Shown: positions 28,070 through 36,535 of the stretch, piece by piece
Numbering within the stretch: position 1 is the stretch's first letter
Layout of the letters: each line of letters starts with the position of its first letter
Source of the DNA: a virus
IMG/VR virus record: IMGVR_UViG_3300049070_000180
Span: 4,580-68,579 of that record
DNA: 64,000 nucleotides
Direction: 5' to 3' (one strand)
Position numbers and translations under genes: made by a program
The notes under the pieces: generated by a model
Databases searched by the model: none
What the model was told of the DNA's origin: nothing
Seen by the model: the letters and a program-made list of their open reading frames with translations, nothing else

Positions 28070-29209
28070 TCACCGCCTCTCCAGGTTGATCACGCGGTTC
28101 CGGAGTTGCCGGATAGTCCGGAATAGACGGAAGATCTCCTGCCGACCAGGGGTGCCAACCTTGGGCGCCACGTTCACGCCATCAGGTGTTAGGTCGATCG
28201 AGACTTCCCGTACCACCTCCCGAATCTGCCCGTCAGGCGAGTCCTCCACCTGGACCGTGACCATGTCGCCGAGGTTGTAGTGCGTGAGGTAGGCGATCTG
28301 CGGAGTGTCGATCGGGTTGATTGACAGGCTCACCCGTTCCTGGCTCTGCGCCAGCGCTTCGGTAGCGGCCTGCGCCATCTCCGTACTGGACGAGGTGTCG
28401 CGCCGGTCAACCAGCTCCCCTTCGAGGCGGCCCCACGCGGCGATCGACTCCGAATCGGGTTGTTCCTTGAATACCCGAGCAGTGCCTTCCCCGCCTCCAC
28501 CGACATAGCAGTAGTTATAGTCCGGTGCGTCCAGCGAGTAGTCATAGGCCGCGAGGTTCCCCAGCTCCAGGGAGAATTTCACCGATCCCGTCTTGTCGGC
28601 GACCGCGTAGGTCTGGAACTGCAACGTTTGCCCGGACTGGACGAGACGGAACCCGATACCACCCGTGGTGGCTAGTTCCTGCATCATCGTGAGCAGCAGT
28701 TGCCACCGAGCCCTGCCGGTAACCGTGGCGCCGACGCCCGGATCGGCGCCCATCACGAGCCCCGACTTGCGACGCACCGAGACCGCACCGGGACCCAGGT
28801 TCACGTTGACATATTGGGTTAGGACGGTGGAGCACACACCGGTCCGCACGTCGTAGTCCTGAGCGACATACGGTGGGACCGACTCGGCCGGCGAGGGAGA
28901 AGCCAGCCGTTTCCGCAGCCAGTAACTGTCATCCTCACCGGACAAGGTCAGCTGCTGCGAGTTGTCGGACACCTGCCTGCGCCGCGCCAGCACCGGCCCG
29001 GACAGCACCGTCACGCCATCGCGAACCGCGACAATCCCCCAACCGGGACGCACAAGTCCGGCCGCCTGCGCGGCCCGCGCATCCAGATCCATCGTCCACG
29101 TGCCGCAGTCATTGTACTTCGGGGTCAGGTTGAGCTTGTCGTAGTCGTCGACCTCGCCCTGCAACTGAAGCTTCTCGTCGCGCGAGTAAACAATCCACGC
29201 GAAACTCAC
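28070..29209 (-). CDS. Minor tail protein (ReqiPepy6 Gp37-like hub)
   Basis: YNDCGTWTM...VGGGGEGTAR...DRRD...YNLGDMVTV; follows Dit. Confidence 0.8.
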   Translation of the reverse strand: MSFAWIVYSRDEKLQLQGEVDDYDKLNLTPKYNDCGTWTMDLDARAAQAAGLVRPGWGIVAVRDGVTVLSGPVLARRRQVSDNSQQLTLSGEDDSYWLRKRLASPSPAESVPPYVAQDYDVRTGVCSTVLTQYVNVNLGPGAVSVRRKSGLVMGADPGVGATVTGRARWQLLLTMMQELATTGGIGFRLVQSGQTLQFQTYAVADKTGSVKFSLELGNLAAYDYSLDAPDYNYCYVGGGGEGTARVFKEQPDSESIAAWGRLEGELVDRRDTSSSTEMAQAATEALAQSQERVSLSINPIDTPQIAYLTHYNLGDMVTVQVEDSPDGQIREVVREVSIDLTPDGVNVAPKVGTPGRQEIFRLFRTIRQLRNRVINLERR

Positions 29210-30057
29210 GGCGACAGATACCTTGGCTTGTAGGAAGAAGTAAGCGCGGAAGATCCAGCGGACGCGCCAGACATCTCGAGGTGGACCGAGTTCACGCCTC
29301 GCTGCAGAGACCACAGCGATGATGCGGCCGTGATGTATGGGAATAGGTTCGTCCCGTCATCGCGGGTGATCGTCTTGAACCCTGGCCTGGTATCGATCGT
29401 GACGCTCTCACCAGCCGCGAGAACCAGAGTCGACAGGTCGATCATCTTTCCTGTGGTGATGTTCCGCAGTCGAATAACCGAGCCTGGACCAGTGAGTGTC
29501 CACACCGGCCACGTCTCAACATCACCCGTGTTGTTGAGCGTGGTGTCGACGACAATCTGTGAGGCGGACAGCCTGATGGGGAAGATCGGAAAGAACGTCG
29601 GTGTCTCACCGATGGTATGAGGGGTGACGATCGACGAAACCGCATACCAGTAGGGATCCCAGCATCTGAAGGTGATCGGGGCGCGTTGGGTCTGCGGCCC
29701 AGACACCTCCGGCTTCTCATCCAGTCCCAGCCCACCCGAATAGGCGCAGGTGATCTCCCGCTGATCACCGACCGGCGAGGTGACTCTGACGGTGCCGAGA
29801 CCGCGAACTGGATCCATGGACGCCACGAGGTTCCGCTCCGCTGTCCTCAAGGCGGCCTCCGATGCCGCATCAATCCAGATCGGCAGCGAGAACTCCCTGA
29901 TGTCGTGGCGCACAGACCGGAGACGACCACCCGGCTGGCCGGGGACTGCCGTCTCGTCGAACACGGGTCGGGGCATGAACCTATCGGCGGCGTCCCAATC
30001 CACATCTAGTGTCGTTGATGTGCCGTCGGGGTCGGTCCAGACGCAGGTCTCGGTCAC
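29206..30057 (-). CDS. Distal tail protein (Dit)
   Basis: PGQPG...F.C.DPYWY...NTGDVETWPVW...L..G.N; follows TMP. Confidence 0.82.
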   Translation of the reverse strand: MTETCVWTDPDGTSTTLDVDWDAADRFMPRPVFDETAVPGQPGGRLRSVRHDIREFSLPIWIDAASEAALRTAERNLVASMDPVRGLGTVRVTSPVGDQREITCAYSGGLGLDEKPEVSGPQTQRAPITFRCWDPYWYAVSSIVTPHTIGETPTFFPIFPIRLSASQIVVDTTLNNTGDVETWPVWTLTGPGSVIRLRNITTGKMIDLSTLVLAAGESVTIDTRPGFKTITRDDGTNLFPYITAASSLWSLQRGVNSVHLEMSGASAGSSALTSSYKPRYLSP

Positions 30058-33000
30058 AGCGAGCCTGCCGCTAATTCCAGCTTCCTGAACTGCTCCGTCA
30101 GATCAATTTCCGTGTTGGTGGCGTAGACCGTCAGGTGGTAGTGCTTCTCGACCTTGCCGCCCGCTTTCGCCAGGTTCACAAAGGCTGCGGACTGCTCCGG
30201 ATTCAGCACCGCTTCCGGTCGGCCGGTTTGGTTCGTGCCACCCGGTATCAACCAGCCGCCCTGGTCGTACCCGCCTGGCTTGTCCATCGCGTATTTGAGA
30301 GACGGGTAGCGGTGGATGGCGTAATTGAGGCCCGCATAGATGTTCGCCAGCGGGTCATATATGCCGCGCCCAAGGAACGGACCTGCCCACCGGTTGAACG
30401 TCGGCTGAATAGTCTGCATCAACCCGATAGAGGGGGTACCGCGCTTGGCATTCGAATCCCACAAGTTGATAGCCGCGGGATTACCGCCTGATTCCTGATT
30501 CATGCGGCGTAGCACGTTCGACAGCAAACCCGCTGGCTGCCCTAGCATCGCTAACACCTGCAGAACTAATCCGGACCAGCGCTCCACGCCGGGCCCACCA
30601 GAGCCGGATACGTTCACCGCTGACGCGAACGCGGGAATCTTGGTCTTAGATGCATCAACCGGGAACGGCCAATTCACATAGCCGCCGTCGGCGAAGCGAG
30701 GAGCGAACACGTCCCTGGGTATACGTCGCTGATTCAATGCGTTCATCACGCCAACGCCGTAGTACTCCACGGCTGATGCCCGTTGCATGAACTCGCGATT
30801 CGATGCCCAGATGGGGACCATGTCGGAGGTTGGTCCACCCGGGCCGGTGATGAGGCCGCCCGAGGCTTTCTGAGCGGCCGGCTCATTGCCGTACAACCCG
30901 TGAGCGGTGCGGATGCTGATGCCCTCAGCAAGCGCCCGCTGCGCGATGTTCAGGGTCTTCAGCTTCTCGTACGCCGCCTCATAGCCCTGGGTTTCGATGA
31001 TGGTCCGGACGTTCGCAGGAACCTCGCTGTACTTGAGGATGAGCTTGTGGGTCTCGTCCTTCGTTAACCCCAGCTTCTTCGCCTCGGCCTCCAGCGCCCG
31101 CACCCGATCATCATGCTTCCTGATTGCTTCTTGTGCAGGAACGCCTGATTCGATGTCCGCTAGCGTCATGTCCCGAATACTCGAGGCGGCGGCCTCGAGC
31201 GCGTCCCGGTTGTTGCGGCCCTTCTCGGTGTGGATGTCTAAGGTCGCGCCGTTGGTTTGGATCGACTCAGTGAGCTTATCCAGGGCTCCCTCGTAGCTCT
31301 CTTCAAGATCTATCGCGGTGGTCTGCGCCTCGGTCAGGCCCTTGATGACATCGACCAGATGTTGGCCGTCCGTCTTGGTGTCATCGAAGGTGCCGCCCAG
31401 GGATTCGACCGCGTCCTTCAGCATCCGGTTTGACGCACTGTTGTCGTCCATCGCCGCTGTTTGGATCCCGAGCATGTCAGCCTCAGTCTTCGTAGCCAAA
31501 GCCAACTGCCTGTCCGCCTCCAGTTGCTCATTCTTGCCCCCCGTAACGCTGTCAAGCTTCCCGATCAGCTCAAGGGCGGTCTTGCCCTCCTCGTCGAGTT
31601 CCATCCGGTAAGAAGTGGCCGCACCCCTGCCGGCGTTAACCGCGACGACCTGCCTCGTATGCGCCGAGACTATCCCCTGCAGCTTGGCCTTCAGTTGGTC
31701 CTGCGCGCCAGCCTGACCCAAGATAGCGTCCGTCACCTGCCACAATTGGATGCCCAGCGGGCCAGCTAGTTTCAACAGGCCCTTGTCTTGGGCTGCCTTC
31801 GCCGCCGCATGCCGCACCGACTCGTTCATCACGCCGTTCTGTTCGCGGATCGCATCCGCAACAGACTTACCCGCGTCGGCCAACTCACGCTGCTCTCGTG
31901 CGGCCTTCTGTGACGACGACACCCACAGCCCGATGCCCACCGTCACGGCGGCGAGTGCGACGCCCCACGGCCCACCAAGGAATCCCACCAGTCCAGACGC
32001 CGCACCCTTCAAACCCGTGAACGCAGCCGCCCCGACGCCACGAGCAGTGGACGCGAAGCCCTCCACGTCACCCTTGGCGGTACGGAACGCGGCACCCATC
32101 GCGCCGACCGTGGGCACACGATCCTGCAGCACCTGGATCGACGCTCCGAACCGACCAACCTCACCCTGCGATGCCTGCATCACCGTCTTGACGTCATTGC
32201 CGAACGATTTCATCGGACCCGACATCTGCCCGAACTTCGAAGTTACCTTGTCGCCTACCAACGCCCACGCGCCGAGCGCGATAACGCCCGCCTGGACAGG
32301 ACCCGGCAAGTCAGAGAAGAACTTAACGAGTCCACCACCCACGTGGACAAGGGTCTTCACTACTGGGGTCAGCACACCGCTGACCGTTTCCGCGGTAGCC
32401 CCCAGCGCTGGAATCCCCGTCGAGGTTGCCCAGTCCGAAATACCATTGAACGCCGGCATCAGTTTCGTGCCAACGTCCTCGGCCAAGTTGTCCCAAGCCA
32501 CCTTGAGCTTGCCGCCGGCGTCGGCCGAAGCCGCAGCCATCCCCCCGTATTCGGTTCGCAACTCAGCCAGGATAACCTTCTGGGCGCCAAGTGTATCGCC
32601 CTTGGCGACCAGCGCCCGGATCTCTTCCTTTTGCTCAGCTGTAAATGACACGCCCACCTTGGCGAGCGCGGTCATACCCTTCACCGGGTCCTGAAGCGCC
32701 TTGCCGATTCTGGTGATTGAACCCTGCAAGTCATTACCGGCCAGCGCACTATCCCCCAGTGCTGCGGTCATATCAAGCGCAAGTTGTGCGGCCTGGTCGA
32801 AGATGTCGTTTCCTTCGCCCATCTTGTTAGCGACCTTTGTGAAGGTCAACAAGACGTTCGCGCCATGGGCGATCAGTTCGTCATCCACACCGGACAAGCG
32901 AGACATCTTAACCGCAAGATTATCCACATGCTTTGCTGTGACGCCAGCCGCACCACCCGTGGACCTGATCGCCTGCTCTGTTTGGCGGGTCATCTTGGCG

Positions 33001-33182
33001 GCTTCACGCGCCTCGTCGATGGCGTGCTTAAAGAACGCCGTCGCGCCGAGCGCGGCGCCAGCCTTCGCGATCCCTTCCATGCTGGAAGCGACCCCGACGA
33101 ACCGTCCGCGCAGCCCGTCCAAGCCCTTATTGATGTTCCCGGTGTCGGCTATGAACCGGACGATCAGATCCTGCTTGCCCAC
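30054..33182 (-). CDS. Tape measure protein with C-terminal lytic transglycosylase
   Basis: Ala/Gly-rich helical, GKALQDP..G..AL; ESGGNP...GLMQ...NIYAG..YA. Confidence 0.93.
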   Translation of the reverse strand: MGKQDLIVRFIADTGNINKGLDGLRGRFVGVASSMEGIAKAGAALGATAFFKHAIDEAREAAKMTRQTEQAIRSTGGAAGVTAKHVDNLAVKMSRLSGVDDELIAHGANVLLTFTKVANKMGEGNDIFDQAAQLALDMTAALGDSALAGNDLQGSITRIGKALQDPVKGMTALAKVGVSFTAEQKEEIRALVAKGDTLGAQKVILAELRTEYGGMAAASADAGGKLKVAWDNLAEDVGTKLMPAFNGISDWATSTGIPALGATAETVSGVLTPVVKTLVHVGGGLVKFFSDLPGPVQAGVIALGAWALVGDKVTSKFGQMSGPMKSFGNDVKTVMQASQGEVGRFGASIQVLQDRVPTVGAMGAAFRTAKGDVEGFASTARGVGAAAFTGLKGAASGLVGFLGGPWGVALAAVTVGIGLWVSSSQKAAREQRELADAGKSVADAIREQNGVMNESVRHAAAKAAQDKGLLKLAGPLGIQLWQVTDAILGQAGAQDQLKAKLQGIVSAHTRQVVAVNAGRGAATSYRMELDEEGKTALELIGKLDSVTGGKNEQLEADRQLALATKTEADMLGIQTAAMDDNSASNRMLKDAVESLGGTFDDTKTDGQHLVDVIKGLTEAQTTAIDLEESYEGALDKLTESIQTNGATLDIHTEKGRNNRDALEAAASSIRDMTLADIESGVPAQEAIRKHDDRVRALEAEAKKLGLTKDETHKLILKYSEVPANVRTIIETQGYEAAYEKLKTLNIAQRALAEGISIRTAHGLYGNEPAAQKASGGLITGPGGPTSDMVPIWASNREFMQRASAVEYYGVGVMNALNQRRIPRDVFAPRFADGGYVNWPFPVDASKTKIPAFASAVNVSGSGGPGVERWSGLVLQVLAMLGQPAGLLSNVLRRMNQESGGNPAAINLWDSNAKRGTPSIGLMQTIQPTFNRWAGPFLGRGIYDPLANIYAGLNYAIHRYPSLKYAMDKPGGYDQGGWLIPGGTNQTGRPEAVLNPEQSAAFVNLAKAGGKVEKHYHLTVYATNTEIDLTEQFRKLELAAGSL

Positions 33183-33606
33183 TAGTCACCTCCTTCGGTT
33201 TCTAGTTGGCGACGGATCTGCTCGTTACGTTTGGTCAAATCGGCGAATAGTTGATCGAACTCCCACAGTTTTAACCGACGAACCTCGGGGAGGCTCATAC
33301 GATTATCGGCTGCGACCGCTGCCTGCCGTCTCAGTCGGTCGCTTTTGTAGGGGGGACTTCAGGCGCCTTGAAGAGCACGATCTTTTTGCCAGCCTGTTCC
33401 ATCGTGAAGTCCGGGTCGTCCTCGCTGCACAAGACAAACGCGATGGTGCGCATGATCTTCCCCTGACGGCGGGTCGGATCGTTGATGACCACGGCGATCG
33501 ATTCCTCGAGAATGTCTTCAATCTTGTCGATCTGATCGACCGTCAACTCATTGATATCCACCACCATCCGGTTGTCCGTCGGCGGCCTCACCCTTTTACC
33601 CGTCAC
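33182..33606 (-). CDS. Tail assembly chaperone G (33331-33606) with probable -1 frameshift product GT
   Basis: C-CCC-CCT at 33355-33349; the -1 frame is open to a TAG at the TMP start. Confidence 0.65.
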
Positions 33607-34013
33607 CGAAAACCAGCCTTTCTCGCGGCTTCATTCACCGCCTCGTTGGCCTCACGATAGAACTCGTTCCGTTTCAAAATGGCCGCAGGCCGCATGTATG
33701 GCCGCGGTTTCTGCGCCACCCACTCGTCCCTACCGAATACCCGATGTCGACCACCATATTCATTGAGAGCTGAGTACGGCAGTGATGACTTCATCGCTGC
33801 ACCGGTGCGCACGGCAGTGCTTGGCTTGATAGACCGAGCCAGCCGTCCACTCTTCCGGGGGGCACGGCGCTTCGCCTCCGGAATAACCACACGCGATACG
33901 GCCCCACGGAACCTTCGGCGGGTCGCCAACTGCAACTCCGGGGATACCTTCCGAAGATCCCGCATGAACCGCTTCATCTGCGATGTGTCCGCAGCGAACC
34001 CCCGGTTAGGCAT
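33603..34013 (-). CDS. HK97 gp10-like tail completion protein
   Basis: AKRRAP.KSGRLARSI...Y...EYG...PRPYMRPA. Confidence 0.8.
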   Translation of the reverse strand: MPNRGFAADTSQMKRFMRDLRKVSPELQLATRRRFRGAVSRVVIPEAKRRAPRKSGRLARSIKPSTAVRTGAAMKSSLPYSALNEYGGRHRVFGRDEWVAQKPRPYMRPAAILKRNEFYREANEAVNEAARKAGFR

Positions 34014-35038
34014 CAGATTGAGGACGACTCTGTCGACACGATCTTGATTTGGATCGTTGGGTCGACTTCGTTGTTGTATACCTCGTAGTCGGTCGACATT
34101 GGCACGATGTCGGGCCCGGATAGCGCCGGAGCCGCGGCCTTCAGTTTGATGGCCGGCATGATGATGGAGAACAGGTAGTTGTTCGCGCCGATCGCCGCGC
34201 CGGTCAGGTCCATCTGCAACGCGGTGGTCGTGTTGTTGGAGTACAGGGCATACAGTTCGTCCCGGTTGAATTCGGCACCCAGTGAGCCCGTGTAGGTGGG
34301 GATGTCGTTCTCCAACGGCTCAGCCTTGAGTCCCGCGTTGCCGAGACCGAAACGCTCCGTCGCCATCGGGGTAGTGCCAGACACGGAGAAGTTCTTGACG
34401 ATCGTCGCCACCGTTGTCCCGCCAGCAATCGTGGTTTCGCCGGCCGACGTGCTCGGGGTACCACCTAGTTTCAACGTCGCCTGTGAGAAGTTCCACGCCG
34501 ACGCGCCGGCCAGGTACGAGGCGGTCGCGAGAGCGGTGGCAGTGGTCTCCGACTTACCGTCGAGAGTCAGCTTCAGCTTCGGGTAGGCGTTGTCCTCGAC
34601 AGTGAACTCCCAGGAGATCACCTTGCAGCCCGCATACGTGAACGCCCGCACCGTTCCGGACGGCTCGGGGCGTCCCACCTGGACCGTCATGCCCAGGCCC
34701 TTGTAGTCGCCCGGGACGTGGACCTGCTTGTACGCCGAGCCAGCGATGAGGGTGGTGGTGGTGATCGTGGATCCCAGCATGTGCTTCACGAGGAGCCCCA
34801 TGCCCAAGGTCACCAGGTCCAACTCGACATCACCGGACACCCACGTGCGGGATTGGACGATGCGGGAAACCCGCTTCGCCTTGGTCCCCACCCGAAGACC
34901 GGCTGGCTCGAGCCAAGTCACTTCCTTCTTCATTGACTCGTTGTTGATCTCGGGGAACCGCGTAACAGTGACTGCTGTTCCCCAGGTCGTCTCGCTGACG
35001 AACCCGACTTGCCCGTCAAGTCCGGTGCCTGTGGCCAC
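34013..35038 (-). CDS. Major tail tube protein
   Basis: E.TWGT...T.QVGRP...FTYAGCKV; size and position fit. Confidence 0.85.
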   Translation of the reverse strand: MATGTGLDGQVGFVSETTWGTAVTVTRFPEINNESMKKEVTWLEPAGLRVGTKAKRVSRIVQSRTWVSGDVELDLVTLGMGLLVKHMLGSTITTTTLIAGSAYKQVHVPGDYKGLGMTVQVGRPEPSGTVRAFTYAGCKVISWEFTVEDNAYPKLKLTLDGKSETTATALATASYLAGASAWNFSQATLKLGGTPSTSAGETTIAGGTTVATIVKNFSVSGTTPMATERFGLGNAGLKAEPLENDIPTYTGSLGAEFNRDELYALYSNNTTTALQMDLTGAAIGANNYLFSIIMPAIKLKAAAPALSGPDIVPMSTDYEVYNNEVDPTIQIKIVSTESSSI

Positions 35039-35039
35039 T

Positions 35040-35267
35040 TCAGTTCTCCTTCACCGAGGCGGCCTTCGCCGCCGGCTTGACAAGTTCCCATTGGCTCTTC
35101 GGCCAGGCGCGGGCGCTGTCGCCCTCACCCACGATGTAGGCGTCATCAGTTTCACCGGTGACGTCGCCGGCAACCTCGAGATCCGACCCTGCCTCGACCA
35201 ATTGGCCGCCGAGGTCGGCGCGCTTAATCGCATGCACGTCGGCACCGATGTTGCGAAACTTGGGCAC
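35040..35267 (-). CDS. Small structural-region protein
   Basis: Between the terminator and tube genes. Confidence 0.6.
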   Translation of the reverse strand: MPKFRNIGADVHAIKRADLGGQLVEAGSDLEVAGDVTGETDDAYIVGEGDSARAWPKSQWELVKPAAKAASVKEN

Positions 35268-35276
35268 GTTGTTCTC

Positions 35277-35735
35277 CTACACCTGGGTCTTGACGTGTAT
35301 CTGAAAGACGACACGGACCTGGTAGCCGATCGGGCTGGGCTCGCAGAACATCGGGCCACCGTTGAACCCGGCGATGAACGCGCGGCTCGCTGGCGGTCCG
35401 AGTCCTAGTGATGGGTCGGAGCGCAGTTCGTTCTCTACCGTTGCAGTGAGTGCATAGGCGGTGTCCCGCGCCAGTTTCACGTTCCCGTCGCCCACCGTGA
35501 CAACAGCCGCGCAGTTGATGTGGAACTTCTCTTCGCGGGTCAGGGCACCGATCCCAATCCACTCTTGATCTGATTCGGCCGCCTGAAAATCCCCATCCGG
35601 ATCTCCGTCATACCCGATGAACACCGCGTCCGACGGATCGCTGGTGACCAAAGGCCCGTCAATCACTGGAACTCCAGCAGTTTCCAGCAATGAAAACAGT
35701 GCGTCGATTGTGGCGGGCACACGTGAGGTGGCCAT
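35277..35735 (-). CDS. Tail terminator-like protein
   Basis: V.DGP...REE...V...LR.DPSLG. Confidence 0.7.
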   Translation of the reverse strand: MATSRVPATIDALFSLLETAGVPVIDGPLVTSDPSDAVFIGYDGDPDGDFQAAESDQEWIGIGALTREEKFHINCAAVVTVGDGNVKLARDTAYALTATVENELRSDPSLGLGPPASRAFIAGFNGGPMFCEPSPIGYQVRVVFQIHVKTQV

Positions 35736-36535
35736 CAGCCCACCAACGGTCCCGGCGCACCGAGCAACTGCCGCACTCGGCGAGTGATGAACCCAATGTC
35801 CGGCTGGAATGTTTCCTCAGTCGTACCGGCCGCCCGCGCCGCGCCTTTTGTGCCGCGCTTGGTGGCCCACAGGTCTTGGATGACCTGCTTCGCGGCGAGC
35901 ACATACTCGGCTTTGATCACCGCCGCGCCGGCTACGTAGATGCTCTTCAAGTACCCATAAGGGTAAGTACCGGTGATGGCGGAAACGATCCCCGTCGTCG
36001 GGTCCACATGGAGGTTTCCCACCGTCCACGTGGTGAGCCCGTCAACGGTGGCCACACTGGTCAGGGAGAGGATCGGGGTCTTCTTCAGGATCAGCGTCTG
36101 CCCAAATGGGACTCGGGTGTAGTCGGTGATGTTCTGCCGAACCAGGACGGAGTGGGTCTCGCGTTCGACCACACCGGTAACCGCCTCGATGTAGCCGCGC
36201 AACTCCTCATCGTGCGCGGTGGTGGTGATGTTCAGTTGGGCTTTGGCGTCCTCGAGACTGATGATCCCCAGCAGTGGCCCGTGGACCTCGAAGGTCCCGT
36301 CGTCCGGGGCGATCGGCCCCGTGGAATCCCACCGGTAGGTGTGCCGGCCGGCCTGTGTGGTGGTGTAGTCATATCGGAAGGTGCCCGTGCCGGTGTTGCT
36401 CGGGGTGGGAGCGGTGGTGGTGGCGTCCGGCAGCGTGATCGTCAAGCTGATGGTGCTGGGGTTCGTTGGAACACCGCTGTCGTTCAGCACCGTGTGGGTC
36501 AGTCGAACAACCTGACCCACCACGAAGTACTCCAC
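35735..36535 (-). CDS. Head-tail adaptor with N-terminal Ig-like domain
   Basis: IISLEDAKAQLN....HDEEL..YI.A gp6-like domain, preceded by a ~85-aa beta-sandwich. Confidence 0.8.
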   Translation of the reverse strand: MEYFVVGQVVRLTHTVLNDSGVPTNPSTISLTITLPDATTTAPTPSNTGTGTFRYDYTTTQAGRHTYRWDSTGPIAPDDGTFEVHGPLLGIISLEDAKAQLNITTTAHDEELRGYIEAVTGVVERETHSVLVRQNITDYTRVPFGQTLILKKTPILSLTSVATVDGLTTWTVGNLHVDPTTGIVSAITGTYPYGYLKSIYVAGAAVIKAEYVLAAKQVIQDLWATKRGTKGAARAAGTTEETFQPDIGFITRRVRQLLGAPGPLVG

